Under the pieces are notes generated by a model, which ran no database searches, was not told the DNA's origin, and saw nothing but the letters and a program-made list of their open reading frames with translations. This document shows, in pieces, positions 29,501-36,851 of a stretch of DNA of 64,000 nt (positions within the stretch are counted from its first letter, which is position 1; each line of letters begins with the position of its first letter). The position numbers and the translations under genes are program-made. Origin of the DNA: an uncultured virus (IMG/VR IMGVR_UViG_3300030330_006222) (taxonomy: Duplodnaviria > Heunggongvirae > Uroviricota > Caudoviricetes); IMG/VR virus record IMGVR_UViG_3300030330_006222; one strand, written 5' to 3'.

Positions 29501-32500
29501 TGTTACGTGGGCTTGATTCTTTTGGTGTCGATGCTCCAACATAATCAGAATCACCACCAGCACCCCCAGGATCTCCCATATCTGAAGTTATCGGCGCGCC
29601 CTCTGGTAAAATTCTATCAAGAGTAAACTTATCGCTATCGAGAATGTTTAATCTATTTTGATATTTGTTTCTTTCTAAAACATGACTTTCAATTACATTT
29701 TGGATATCGTTTATATACTCAGAAGAGGCAGGTATAAGTTGAGAAATAATTGTAGTTAGTGCATCATCAAACCACTTGTAGTATTCGGTGTATTTTTCTA
29801 CTTCTGTAACCTTGGATACTCTACGGAAGAAAATTTGACTGAGCTTCTCTAAATCTTTGTATCTATGTCTATAGTAATGTACTGGGTGACCAACAACGTC
29901 GTTGAAATCAATCACGCCAGCAAAAAAGTCTAGCATCTCTTGGGAAATTGCTTCGTACAAGCTTTTTTCTAAAGAGTATACAAAGTTGGGTAATATTTCT
30001 TCTCGACGTAAATTAGGACTCAGGTCATCTTCGTCAGTGAAAATCTGTACCATATCAGACGATATTGGTCTTTCTGGATCTGTGAATCTGTAACTATTTA
30101 ATCTTTTGGCGTTTATAGCATTTGTAGATGAGACATCAAAGCCTTCACCATGACCGGTGTAGTATAAGCCAGAAATCTTTCCAACCCAACTATAATCATC
30201 TCTATCAGTTACGGAACCAGAGCTAAAGTCCTGGACCACAAACTTTCCTGATGCATCGGAACCTGTAAGATTTCTAAAGTTCCAATTAAGAGCTAATGTT
30301 TTATGCCCCAAGGCTTCAGAATATCTATTGCTTGTATCAAGACCATTGAGATATTGAGCTGAACCAGACAGACCGATATTCTCTATATCTAGTGAGTGTT
30401 GCTTAAGGTCGGTGTCTTCAAGATATTTTGTCCAGAATGCAACCGAGGATAATAACACATCTGAATGATAGGTAAGAGCACCGGTAACATTTACTTTGTC
30501 AGCACCAACATAAGCTCTCTTACCGGATTCAATGTATTTTTTACCTGTAGAAGAAGATACCGTAGTGCTGACTCTAAATGAATTAAACAGATCTGTAGTT
30601 TTAGAGTTGTAGCCAGAGAATATAACCTCGTATCTATTCTTTCTATCGTTATTAATATCATCAATATTGCCGGCGACAAAGGTGCTAAGTGGGTAGTTAT
30701 CTGGTTTTACTCTAACTGAAAGATTCCAAAGCTCATTATTATACACATCGTTGAACACCGAACTGGTAAGTGTCATCACCGAATCGTCAGGGTTAGCTAC
30801 AACAAGCTTGAAAAATCCTGTCTTTGATTCTAACTCGTCTCTGACAAAATAAACTTTAAAATTACCGTAGTCTTGCGTGTCTCCGGTAGCAGTAGTGTCT
30901 GTGCCCGCAGATGAACTTACAATGGTACCATCCGTAGTAACTGTACCGAACAAAGACATTTGTTTAAAGTTTGGCTTAAGTCTGCTATCTGAAGCTCTTA
31001 GAGCGTTGTATTCTGGAAAAACGACATTTGCTTCATAAGTAAACCCGTAGCCATATTGATTGGTGCTGCCGGTTAAGGATCCAGCTACAACGCTAGTATT
31101 AATACCAGACAGAACATTGGTTTGGCTCTTTTGATAGACCACCGCATTGTTGTGACTCGTCTTGCTAAAGTTTACAAGATTCTTTTTAATAAGATGTTGT
31201 TCTAAGTTATCCCTAAGAACTGTCTCTGCGTTGTTTGAATTAACTCTAAGCTTTAAAAGTTTGTCATCGATATTGAAACATTTAAGAACATTTTTAATTG
31301 CTTGTTCTGTACCCTTTGCTTTATAAATCTCTGCTAAGTTGTTATAAAGATTTTGGTAAATCATATTCTTGGCTTCGTTTAGATCATTCTCAAAAACAAC
31401 TTTATCAGAGCGATTCATAAACTTCTCTAATACAGTTGAATCAATGAATATTTCTGGGGAATATAAGCCAAGTGACTGTGGTAAGTGCTCTGCAAATGAT
31501 ATTGGTTTAAACGTGCCACTTGTGTGGGTCTGGTGTCTCAGTTTTGGCACTTCAGAAATTTGAAGATATAATTTATCAAAGTAAGCACCCATTACGTGTG
31601 TGATATATCTTAAATCTGTATTCTTGTCTTCATCATCTTGTTGAACAATCCAGCTCGGCACTAGATTCAATATTGATGTATTGTTTTGATAGTCGTGTGC
31701 CGAACCACTATCAAGTAACCTGCTTTGTAAATTTATGTAATCAGGGTGGTTTGTTCTAATAATTGGATCTAAAAACTCTTTGGTTGCAGCCGACGCTGAT
31801 ACAATAGCCGATCCTGTGTTTCTAGCTGTTGAAGAATACCCAGTCCAGGTACCGTTTGTAACACGACCAGCATAATCAAGCACAATGCTGTCGGTTGAGG
31901 CTCTGCCTGTAATCCCTTCGTTGAACTTATAGTATACACCTAACGTGGTGTTGGAAATGTCACTGTTAGTTCCGCCGCGGACCTGGGTGAACCAGTTATT
32001 GCCGATTTCTTTTGAGGTTCTCGATGTTTTCCAGAATCTAAATTCGTCCAAGGAACCAGACAGTCTTCCAGCACCAGCCGAACCAGTTCGCTCAGTGCCA
32101 GACGTGGCTGGAATTGAGTTAGTTACAAGTGCGCCAATCCGACCAACCATGTTTGGCTCGTATAGCGCGCCTATAGTTGAGCCGTAATTAGTAGAGTCAT
32201 TTTTCTGTCCATTAACGTATACAGTCGCCGATGTTGATCCGAGAACAATTGCATAATGTTTCCAATCGCCAAACTGACTGGGTGCAAAATTACCAAGCTG
32301 TATGTCTCTGACTACTGTTGAGCCAGAAGCAATGCTAACTCTAAACGGCGCAGTGGTTGCTGCTGCGCCTGTAATTTCTAATATTAAACGACCGTAGTTG
32401 GCACTAGAAGACAATTCATTGTTCCACATGTCAAAAACAACTTGTCTTTGTGTTGCGGCTTCACCGACGGAGCCGGTTTTCATCCAGAACTCTAGCGTCA

Positions 32501-33110
32501 CACCATCAGTAAAATCAGCTCTTAAATTAGATGTTCTGGTGCCACTTCCGTAATCTGTTGGTAAACCTGCTGTTGTGTAGATTGACTCATCATATATGTT
32601 TGAATAGTTATACTTGCTGTCATTTGGATCAAACATTAAGTCTTTCAGTTTAGAGGTTGGCGCCGAGCCTGTGCCTGGACCTCCTACAAGATCAATATAT
32701 TCGTTTGTGGTGGGTGATGCATATCCATTCTGCATTGCAGCAAGCGTATAGCCAGCCTTGTTGAGCGAGATATAACCTGTTGTTCTTGGGTACTGGTTGT
32801 CCAAAATGTATCTTTCAACATCTAAACAGCCATTTAAGAATTCGTTTATTTCTGCTTCTGAGCCATCATAGGGATAATAGTCTGTAATTCTAGACAGTGC
32901 TGACTTGTAGTAAAGGCGCGCAGAACCATACCTAGCAAAGTTTTCTGGCTTTGAGTAGTCAATTTGCGGGACATATCTTTCTTGATCAGTTTTTCTAGCC
33001 TGAATATTGCGAAACGATTCGCCATCTTCAACAAACAAATCTTTTGAGGAGACATCGCTTACAAATTCTTGAACTTTACTGTTTGATTCAAAAAGTTTTT
33101 TAATACTCAT
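23580..33110 (-). CDS. Giant baseplate wedge-like protein (3176 aa) with LamG/concanavalin-A domain(s)
   Basis: LamG motifs TLEFWMK, WKHYAIV, VYVNG, GSLDEFRFW. Wedge/gpI-like segment NLVPSWI...LPQSLG...LYNNLAEIYKAKGTEQAIKNVLKCF. Lies downstream of gp25 and gp6. Confidence 0.7.
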   Translation of the reverse strand: MSIKKLFESNSKVQEFVSDVSSKDLFVEDGESFRNIQARKTDQERYVPQIDYSKPENFARYGSARLYYKSALSRITDYYPYDGSEAEINEFLNGCLDVERYILDNQYPRTTGYISLNKAGYTLAAMQNGYASPTTNEYIDLVGGPGTGSAPTSKLKDLMFDPNDSKYNYSNIYDESIYTTAGLPTDYGSGTRTSNLRADFTDGVTLEFWMKTGSVGEAATQRQVVFDMWNNELSSSANYGRLILEITGAAATTAPFRVSIASGSTVVRDIQLGNFAPSQFGDWKHYAIVLGSTSATVYVNGQKNDSTNYGSTIGALYEPNMVGRIGALVTNSIPATSGTERTGSAGAGRLSGSLDEFRFWKTSRTSKEIGNNWFTQVRGGTNSDISNTTLGVYYKFNEGITGRASTDSIVLDYAGRVTNGTWTGYSSTARNTGSAIVSASAATKEFLDPIIRTNHPDYINLQSRLLDSGSAHDYQNNTSILNLVPSWIVQQDDEDKNTDLRYITHVMGAYFDKLYLQISEVPKLRHQTHTSGTFKPISFAEHLPQSLGLYSPEIFIDSTVLEKFMNRSDKVVFENDLNEAKNMIYQNLYNNLAEIYKAKGTEQAIKNVLKCFNIDDKLLKLRVNSNNAETVLRDNLEQHLIKKNLVNFSKTSHNNAVVYQKSQTNVLSGINTSVVAGSLTGSTNQYGYGFTYEANVVFPEYNALRASDSRLKPNFKQMSLFGTVTTDGTIVSSSAGTDTTATGDTQDYGNFKVYFVRDELESKTGFFKLVVANPDDSVMTLTSSVFNDVYNNELWNLSVRVKPDNYPLSTFVAGNIDDINNDRKNRYEVIFSGYNSKTTDLFNSFRVSTTVSSSTGKKYIESGKRAYVGADKVNVTGALTYHSDVLLSSVAFWTKYLEDTDLKQHSLDIENIGLSGSAQYLNGLDTSNRYSEALGHKTLALNWNFRNLTGSDASGKFVVQDFSSGSVTDRDDYSWVGKISGLYYTGHGEGFDVSSTNAINAKRLNSYRFTDPERPISSDMVQIFTDEDDLSPNLRREEILPNFVYSLEKSLYEAISQEMLDFFAGVIDFNDVVGHPVHYYRHRYKDLEKLSQIFFRRVSKVTEVEKYTEYYKWFDDALTTIISQLIPASSEYINDIQNVIESHVLERNKYQNRLNILDSDKFTLDRILPEGAPITSDMGDPGGAGGDSDYVGASTPKESSPRNTRQNLAFWKKRADRTAAEITSGDATIDSQRNKFRDVIYSNPIVSGAAAPPTLSKDDGTKYQPTNFFRRARAGVVNLNVETQDTHYGKNLNNEKILTRDVRGGVNFESVKNFDFAASITKPGGPINHEGSRIIPLNVMVGFVQDATDIPVYKNATRPDEMIVKQKKTFKVQTGRDWEEGLGYKNVKSAMAFPFNVYSASVEVNSGYNAQVISSVTNSLMITNVHNDVYGDNAEVPMQGPFTNHLVGGHQSRHIDINTGTDQQNNRPEAWRILLGTCGDIIPSGAIGVVGPDYPPANYNPPAGTIPYPYPHHGKAYLYRDHIAKRPVNIRNVSKISNDKTVPGNFQEQYEVVSSFGAFNNARAFLDNQPTLPPQVADVKFTTNVRSIFDIRRTANSHVDLVGDYSTAYLNSTVNKTIVTTKFAAPGGIEVMSKGYLDFKSGEMTPYNSLAYRNQTVIKPQQGPSGTISEPVVYGAATNIQVSDIHGKDYGLRAHLARHSARFGRDSLFVANPGASVSELPSFHKINRNSRQVIKATNENNSTFVTSSRFDNAFVVRPIPQSDRQYQWFSGSVVDINNIKYAGYQNVNRGENYNAYRTSSAGIEFYWTFVSASNATTGSLYQPSTELNIIINDPVDASTHTLGFPATSDVSNYTNTDLVGNTPNSDYLNQLLTSRKDKFGWGWRKFHQHNNRMLVNDRRANRLIIATGSDRTLSTHELRPISMKGRQSFINFDVRTPSAEGVTMENVTLKFTNTNEKIFFNDLKLNNYFELDYDLVNEPYRDVLRATKQDGAKLNWFLYKQNIFPSLKNEFGAFSGKRVGYDNKFWRDSRTERTVVGSNLSSSLVGFPVSRSCWVLDAPENFLTRTFVSGTTGSSLYSGVAISYITAQPFVPLSGAIAFNFYVPKAGPLQNTYFSYFNIGVESLKFSLLTPAPLYARKHELGSPNSVVSPAGIAIPETGSFTGSFDLTEQIPTLAGEALWEAGTQAGIVAQLESSRTASLAALASSSVFLPSASLPWYNNYDDFKSDLKLMAKGYGVVPEYRMSEHVKDYFKFGVNNKTKTDLFEIVGTNSSSANTNFYVDYSNSDFLENFLGIKKESLMDAKEIQLNCKAAIKYNPYKGFYPAERTVDLSAQFMDSFRNSIQVGQSGTAAGMNVYTNKSFNHPGIFLYERAGGFMKLLLDPLVSPGILYNSIKSGIAVDYPIVSNHRKKLRRFYGTNTATATNNWALSITGAASIENAVSGGNQYLGGQFWDKRIPFEAIVEPRKYILNTIFTDMESHPSMSLDWNWNFAGAGIDSAFEKESISASFSDNADGIYTLMARNFFGACGEFFLQDAGITRLESNTVLDDLQFSEDSNFANNRPLYMARIKLRRSHNGARTYQNEYDSYNKKGALSYYAINGAKRTINGTQSVGEYSLPQDPQHNPVFKETFTMYSRPTAFGPSCAGRPTGSNALSGAFLFAAKDSFSGYNPAFTPPYYDGEAWADLIFRPHVVDKSSTATATPEKYDLNRILNETQVVCWRFDGGEPRQIGASALTASIPVLIPVEQTQHNTDPMNGAGPSGDRTVPSIYDGKRINVNSMQLTSSVKIFGIEKVLEQDKDKFGQVVKDSNRPVGNKWIIQPKWETPMLNFNDEGVHPITADAGNLTLPTYGSASVPRGIWHQFGVIPDDPAKGIFLEITDIPEDWLRNHYEVLAGDRETPYNGGAYPGNTFDAGVKADTQNQRRVNLYKHVRSLSSLCGFDQTNSSVKLGQLKDSFAVHEAIVAVPYVIEEVDEGIRERLPRDSKLRKTRKKFISIPKRRFGGTRKEAAGSAQGDSLGTAGQSLRRLRQSLEKYVFPPEFDFLNNKEVDPIAMYVFEFKYELDRDDLSYIWQNLAPRDSKEVHFQESSVSHVIADNELINQEILMNDNLRWMIFKVKQRSVTDYYDLIPDQANESTRQVKQDTTKLKKYKFGFNWPYDYLSFVELIKMDVNILLKDE

Positions 33111-34635
33111 TCTTGTTCACTCTAAACTTAAATAATTCATTCTGCTCTTGCCACGAACTAAGTTCTTCGTCATAAAACGCTACCTTAAAACCGTACTCAT
33201 AATCTGGTTGCAGCAGTTTCATATCAAAGTCAAAATAGTTGCCGGACACATCATAAGATAAACCAGTCGCCAGCAAACCGGAGCCAGTGTCGTGCGCAAC
33301 AACCTCTAGGTTGTCAAAAATCCTAACTACTCTGTAGGAGGCTGACGGGATGGTTATTGTCGGAGCCGAAGCAACTGCTTTTGTGTATATTGTTGGGTTC
33401 CAGTTTTTCTCTCTAACATAAACATTGAACCTTGCTGTTTGATCTTGAGCATAGTTGTTTTGAAGGTTTGTAATGTTAATATAATATGTTGGTTCCCTCG
33501 CGTGTACAGCAGTCCCCAAAGAAACAGTATTAATGGTGCCGGTATGAATCTGTTCTGAGCCTAAAGACCATACATCGTGTAATGTAGACAAGTTTTCAAC
33601 AACTTGCAGCCTAGCTTTGTAGACACCTGTTTCAACTTGAGTTGCGGTAACAGAGTCAGCGTAATTGTTACTAGAATCTTTGATCCTTAATCTAGTGCTA
33701 GTTGGTTCTCCAGCAGAACTAGAGTAGATGCTAACTGTCAAGGAGTCACTAGAAGGTATTGTTTTCAGCTTTCCTCTAACGTAATTATAAAAGTAAATAT
33801 CATTTATGTTTTCCGTCGACGCTAGTGAGCTACTGATTGTAAATTGTCCTCGATGATCTTGACGGGTAGAGTCCCATTTTGCTTGAATTGTCGGTCTCTT
33901 AAAGAAATATTGTGAACCTCTAGCAAAGAATCGCTTGGTGTAATAAGAGGTCGTCGCACCATCAGGGATATTTTGAGTTGGCTGGTCTTGAGAGGCTTTA
34001 ACGTTCTTACCAAAACCTTTTGCCTCTTGGCTTGAAGTAAGCTTGACGCCCATGCCATAGTTAGCTATGCCACCACCGCCCGAGCCACGGATCCATCTTT
34101 CAACTAACGGGGTAATATTAATCGTTAAGTTTTCAATACCCTCTCTAAACAGTTGCTCATAACGATAGTCGGCGGAACTGGATAAAAAGTCTCCACCACC
34201 CGATACGGAGTTCCATGAAGCGGTTGCAGATGCGCTCATCCAGTTGCTACCCTCAGCGCCTTTAGTTACGTCTCTATATCCTTCGAGATCCAAGCCAACT
34301 CCTTCCTGCCAGTCATTAAACAGTGGGTTAACAACCAATCTCATATTATTGGGCACAGTTCTCGATGTTTGTGCGTCGTAGAGATTTAAATAAAAATTAA
34401 CACTTCCGCTTGCTGGAATTTTACCGCCCGTTCTATCATTAGCTATCTGATCGATAGGAAATTTAATAAGAACACGCGAAAGTTCTTGAGATGACGTTGT
34501 TTGTCTACCATAAACAGAATAAACCTCCAAAATATCTGCGCGACCAGTGTTTGAGCCGGTCGCTCTAGTATCAAGGTTTTGTTTAAATGTGTTGACAATT
34601 GTGTTGTCTGCGGAGGCTGTATAATTTCTAATCAT
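33100..34635 (-). CDS. Virion protein with DNRLRE/disaggregatase-related beta-sandwich domain
   Basis: ADNTI...NTG..DILEV...SRVLIKF...YLNLY...WQEG...SNW...INITPLVERW...NYGMGVK...RPTIQAKW pattern. Confidence 0.6.
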   Translation of the reverse strand: MIRNYTASADNTIVNTFKQNLDTRATGSNTGRADILEVYSVYGRQTTSSQELSRVLIKFPIDQIANDRTGGKIPASGSVNFYLNLYDAQTSRTVPNNMRLVVNPLFNDWQEGVGLDLEGYRDVTKGAEGSNWMSASATASWNSVSGGGDFLSSSADYRYEQLFREGIENLTINITPLVERWIRGSGGGGIANYGMGVKLTSSQEAKGFGKNVKASQDQPTQNIPDGATTSYYTKRFFARGSQYFFKRPTIQAKWDSTRQDHRGQFTISSSLASTENINDIYFYNYVRGKLKTIPSSDSLTVSIYSSSAGEPTSTRLRIKDSSNNYADSVTATQVETGVYKARLQVVENLSTLHDVWSLGSEQIHTGTINTVSLGTAVHAREPTYYINITNLQNNYAQDQTARFNVYVREKNWNPTIYTKAVASAPTITIPSASYRVVRIFDNLEVVAHDTGSGLLATGLSYDVSGNYFDFDMKLLQPDYEYGFKVAFYDEELSSWQEQNELFKFRVNKNEY

Positions 34636-36428
34636 TACTTAGCTTTTCCTATAAAGTCTGTATTTTTGAATTTAAATTCAACAATGGCATTTTTCGGAAC
34701 AATAAGTTGGTTTCCGTCAGGCGATAAATTCTTGTTGATGTTGATTGTTGCACTTGAGTAATTTGCACCAGTTCTATTAATTAGTCTCGCCTTAATAACA
34801 TCAAGAACGCCGGGGACCTTATTTAGTACTTTATAAATATCACTGATTACAACCGACTCTCCAATGTAGTAATTGCTACTAAATTCAGCACCAAGAGCAT
34901 CAATACATCTACCAATAACCAATTTTTTATCTACTCCAGAGACAGTCTTAATACTAAATTCAATCCCTAAGTTAACAATGTAGGGATCAAGAATATCAAT
35001 CGTATCATTAATCATTCTATACTGGTTTAACCAAATTTTTAAATTTCTCTTGATTGTTGAGTTAGTTTTTTCTAATTTACCAAATGAGTTTTCAGAAATA
35101 ACATACATATTTAAGTTTCTTTTCTGTGAATCGGGATCCCTCTGTACTGAAACTCTTTTAACTGAACCAAACTTAGAGTGCATTCTATATGCTAAATTTT
35201 CGTAGTCTGCTTGAGTTACCGCTCTATTTTGAGTCGGGAAAGTGTCATATATTCTTTGTTTCATTTCTTCGGAGGTAGCGTTCCTGGTGTCGCCCGTAAT
35301 TGGTAATTCGTTTTCTACCTCCAATGAATCTCTAACCCCTTTCATCAATGCAGCGTTTAAAACAGTTTTGTCCTCAAAATCTATATTTGCGCTGGATACC
35401 GAGTTTAATTGTTTTGCTGCTATATTTGAGTTGCCTGGGTTCGTAACTCTCATCGCAATAGTTAATGTTGTGTTTTCTGGTACTATACCCAGAGCTTCGT
35501 TTTCGGACAATCTTGTAGGGTCAAAAGACTTAGCAGTAACATATGTTTTACCAAATACGTCCATAGATACCGACTGTGGGTCTGCCACTATGTCTGAGCC
35601 GGTTTCTTTTCCACTACCAAATTGTAGTGAAACGACCGGTCCATCTCTTTCAACAGTAAACTTTCTAGAAACTAGGAACGGTTTAATAACTGACGGGACG
35701 TTATCGTTTTTATAATTTGTGTTCGAGATTTCTTTATAAATTAAGTCTTGTGCTAAATAATCGACCTCGTAATATTCATTGCCGTCGCTATCAAAAACAG
35801 AAATAATCTCCGAAACATTAGCTGTATTTAGTCTGATTCTAGCAAACTTTTGAAACGCTCCAACGGTAACTTGCTCAGTCATAGTTCTTCCTGAGACTAC
35901 ACGACCGTAAGCTTTGATAACGTAGTTTGTTGGGGCACCAGTAGCGTTTGTCGCTCCAACTACAATCGGATGCTTATTGTCAGCAAAGTTAATATTTTCC
36001 ATTAGTGTATATGCCAGACCTGTTGAACTAGTAAACACTGAACCTCTCTTTAAGATTGGCGCATAGTTTCTATTCACACCCAAACCAACCGAAGTTGCCG
36101 GCACTTGAACGTAAAACGCTGCAACACCATAGGTCGATGGGCGTCCGGTGAACTTATAGCCCAATACACGACCATGTCTTAAAATGTTGTTAAATTGATA
36201 TGCAGTGTCTAAAAATGACTCATTAACATTATAATCAAGATAAAAAGATAATTGATCACCAACGTAAGCAACCGCATCCATCATTAAAGAAGCAAATGAA
36301 GCTTCACTGAAATCTTGGAAAGAGTCTGGATATAATCTTTCTGCAATTTCTTGCAGATCTTTTCTGATTGTTTCAAATTCCCTATTCGTGTAATTAATCG
36401 GAATTATTTTCTTTTGATTATCAGCCAT
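34635..36428 (-). CDS. Baseplate wedge subunit (T4 gp6 / P2 gpJ-like)
   Basis: NYTNREFETIR...DFSEAS...AYVGDQLSFYLD...ESFLDTA; LQFGSG; TQNRAVTQADY. Confidence 0.92.
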   Translation of the reverse strand: MADNQKKIIPINYTNREFETIRKDLQEIAERLYPDSFQDFSEASFASLMMDAVAYVGDQLSFYLDYNVNESFLDTAYQFNNILRHGRVLGYKFTGRPSTYGVAAFYVQVPATSVGLGVNRNYAPILKRGSVFTSSTGLAYTLMENINFADNKHPIVVGATNATGAPTNYVIKAYGRVVSGRTMTEQVTVGAFQKFARIRLNTANVSEIISVFDSDGNEYYEVDYLAQDLIYKEISNTNYKNDNVPSVIKPFLVSRKFTVERDGPVVSLQFGSGKETGSDIVADPQSVSMDVFGKTYVTAKSFDPTRLSENEALGIVPENTTLTIAMRVTNPGNSNIAAKQLNSVSSANIDFEDKTVLNAALMKGVRDSLEVENELPITGDTRNATSEEMKQRIYDTFPTQNRAVTQADYENLAYRMHSKFGSVKRVSVQRDPDSQKRNLNMYVISENSFGKLEKTNSTIKRNLKIWLNQYRMINDTIDILDPYIVNLGIEFSIKTVSGVDKKLVIGRCIDALGAEFSSNYYIGESVVISDIYKVLNKVPGVLDVIKARLINRTGANYSSATININKNLSPDGNQLIVPKNAIVEFKFKNTDFIGKAK

Positions 36429-36442
36429 TTATAGCCCTCGTA

Positions 36443-36811
36443 TTAAATAGTGAATTCTAACAAATCTTTAACGTTCAAAGCAGGTATAGAATATTGTAAG
36501 GAGACACCCAAAGTATTTGTGTCGGGTGAAGAGTTATCAAAACTAAGTCTACCAATTGTTACCACTGGCAGATATTTCTGCACTTGTGATCTAATATTGT
36601 TTTCGATTTCAACGTAGGTAGACTCGCTAAAATTTTCAAAAAGATAACTTTGTATCCCTACACCGAAGTCGGGTATCATCACCCTCTCTCCTGGATTTGT
36701 CAGGATTAACATTTTTAAATTTTGCTTGATTAAAGAATGAAAATCACTAATCATGGTATAGCCATGAATGCTATCCTTAGTAATCGGTAATTTTACGCCT
36801 AAAGTTGCCAT
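36443..36811 (-). CDS. Baseplate wedge / sheath initiator (gp25/gpW-like)
   Basis: IKQNLKMLILTNPGERVMIPDFGVGIQSYLFE signature. Confidence 0.95.
   Translation of the reverse strand: MATLGVKLPITKDSIHGYTMISDFHSLIKQNLKMLILTNPGERVMIPDFGVGIQSYLFENFSESTYVEIENNIRSQVQKYLPVVTIGRLSFDNSSPDTNTLGVSLQYSIPALNVKDLLEFTI
36444..36451 (-). promoter_or_regulatory. Putative late promoter ACTATTTA for the gp6-like gene
   Basis: Overlaps the gp25 stop codon; 15 nt upstream of the ATG at 36428. Confidence 0.5.
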
Positions 36812-36851
36812 AATTTGTTAGTCTTTAATAAATATTGCATTTATTTTTTTA

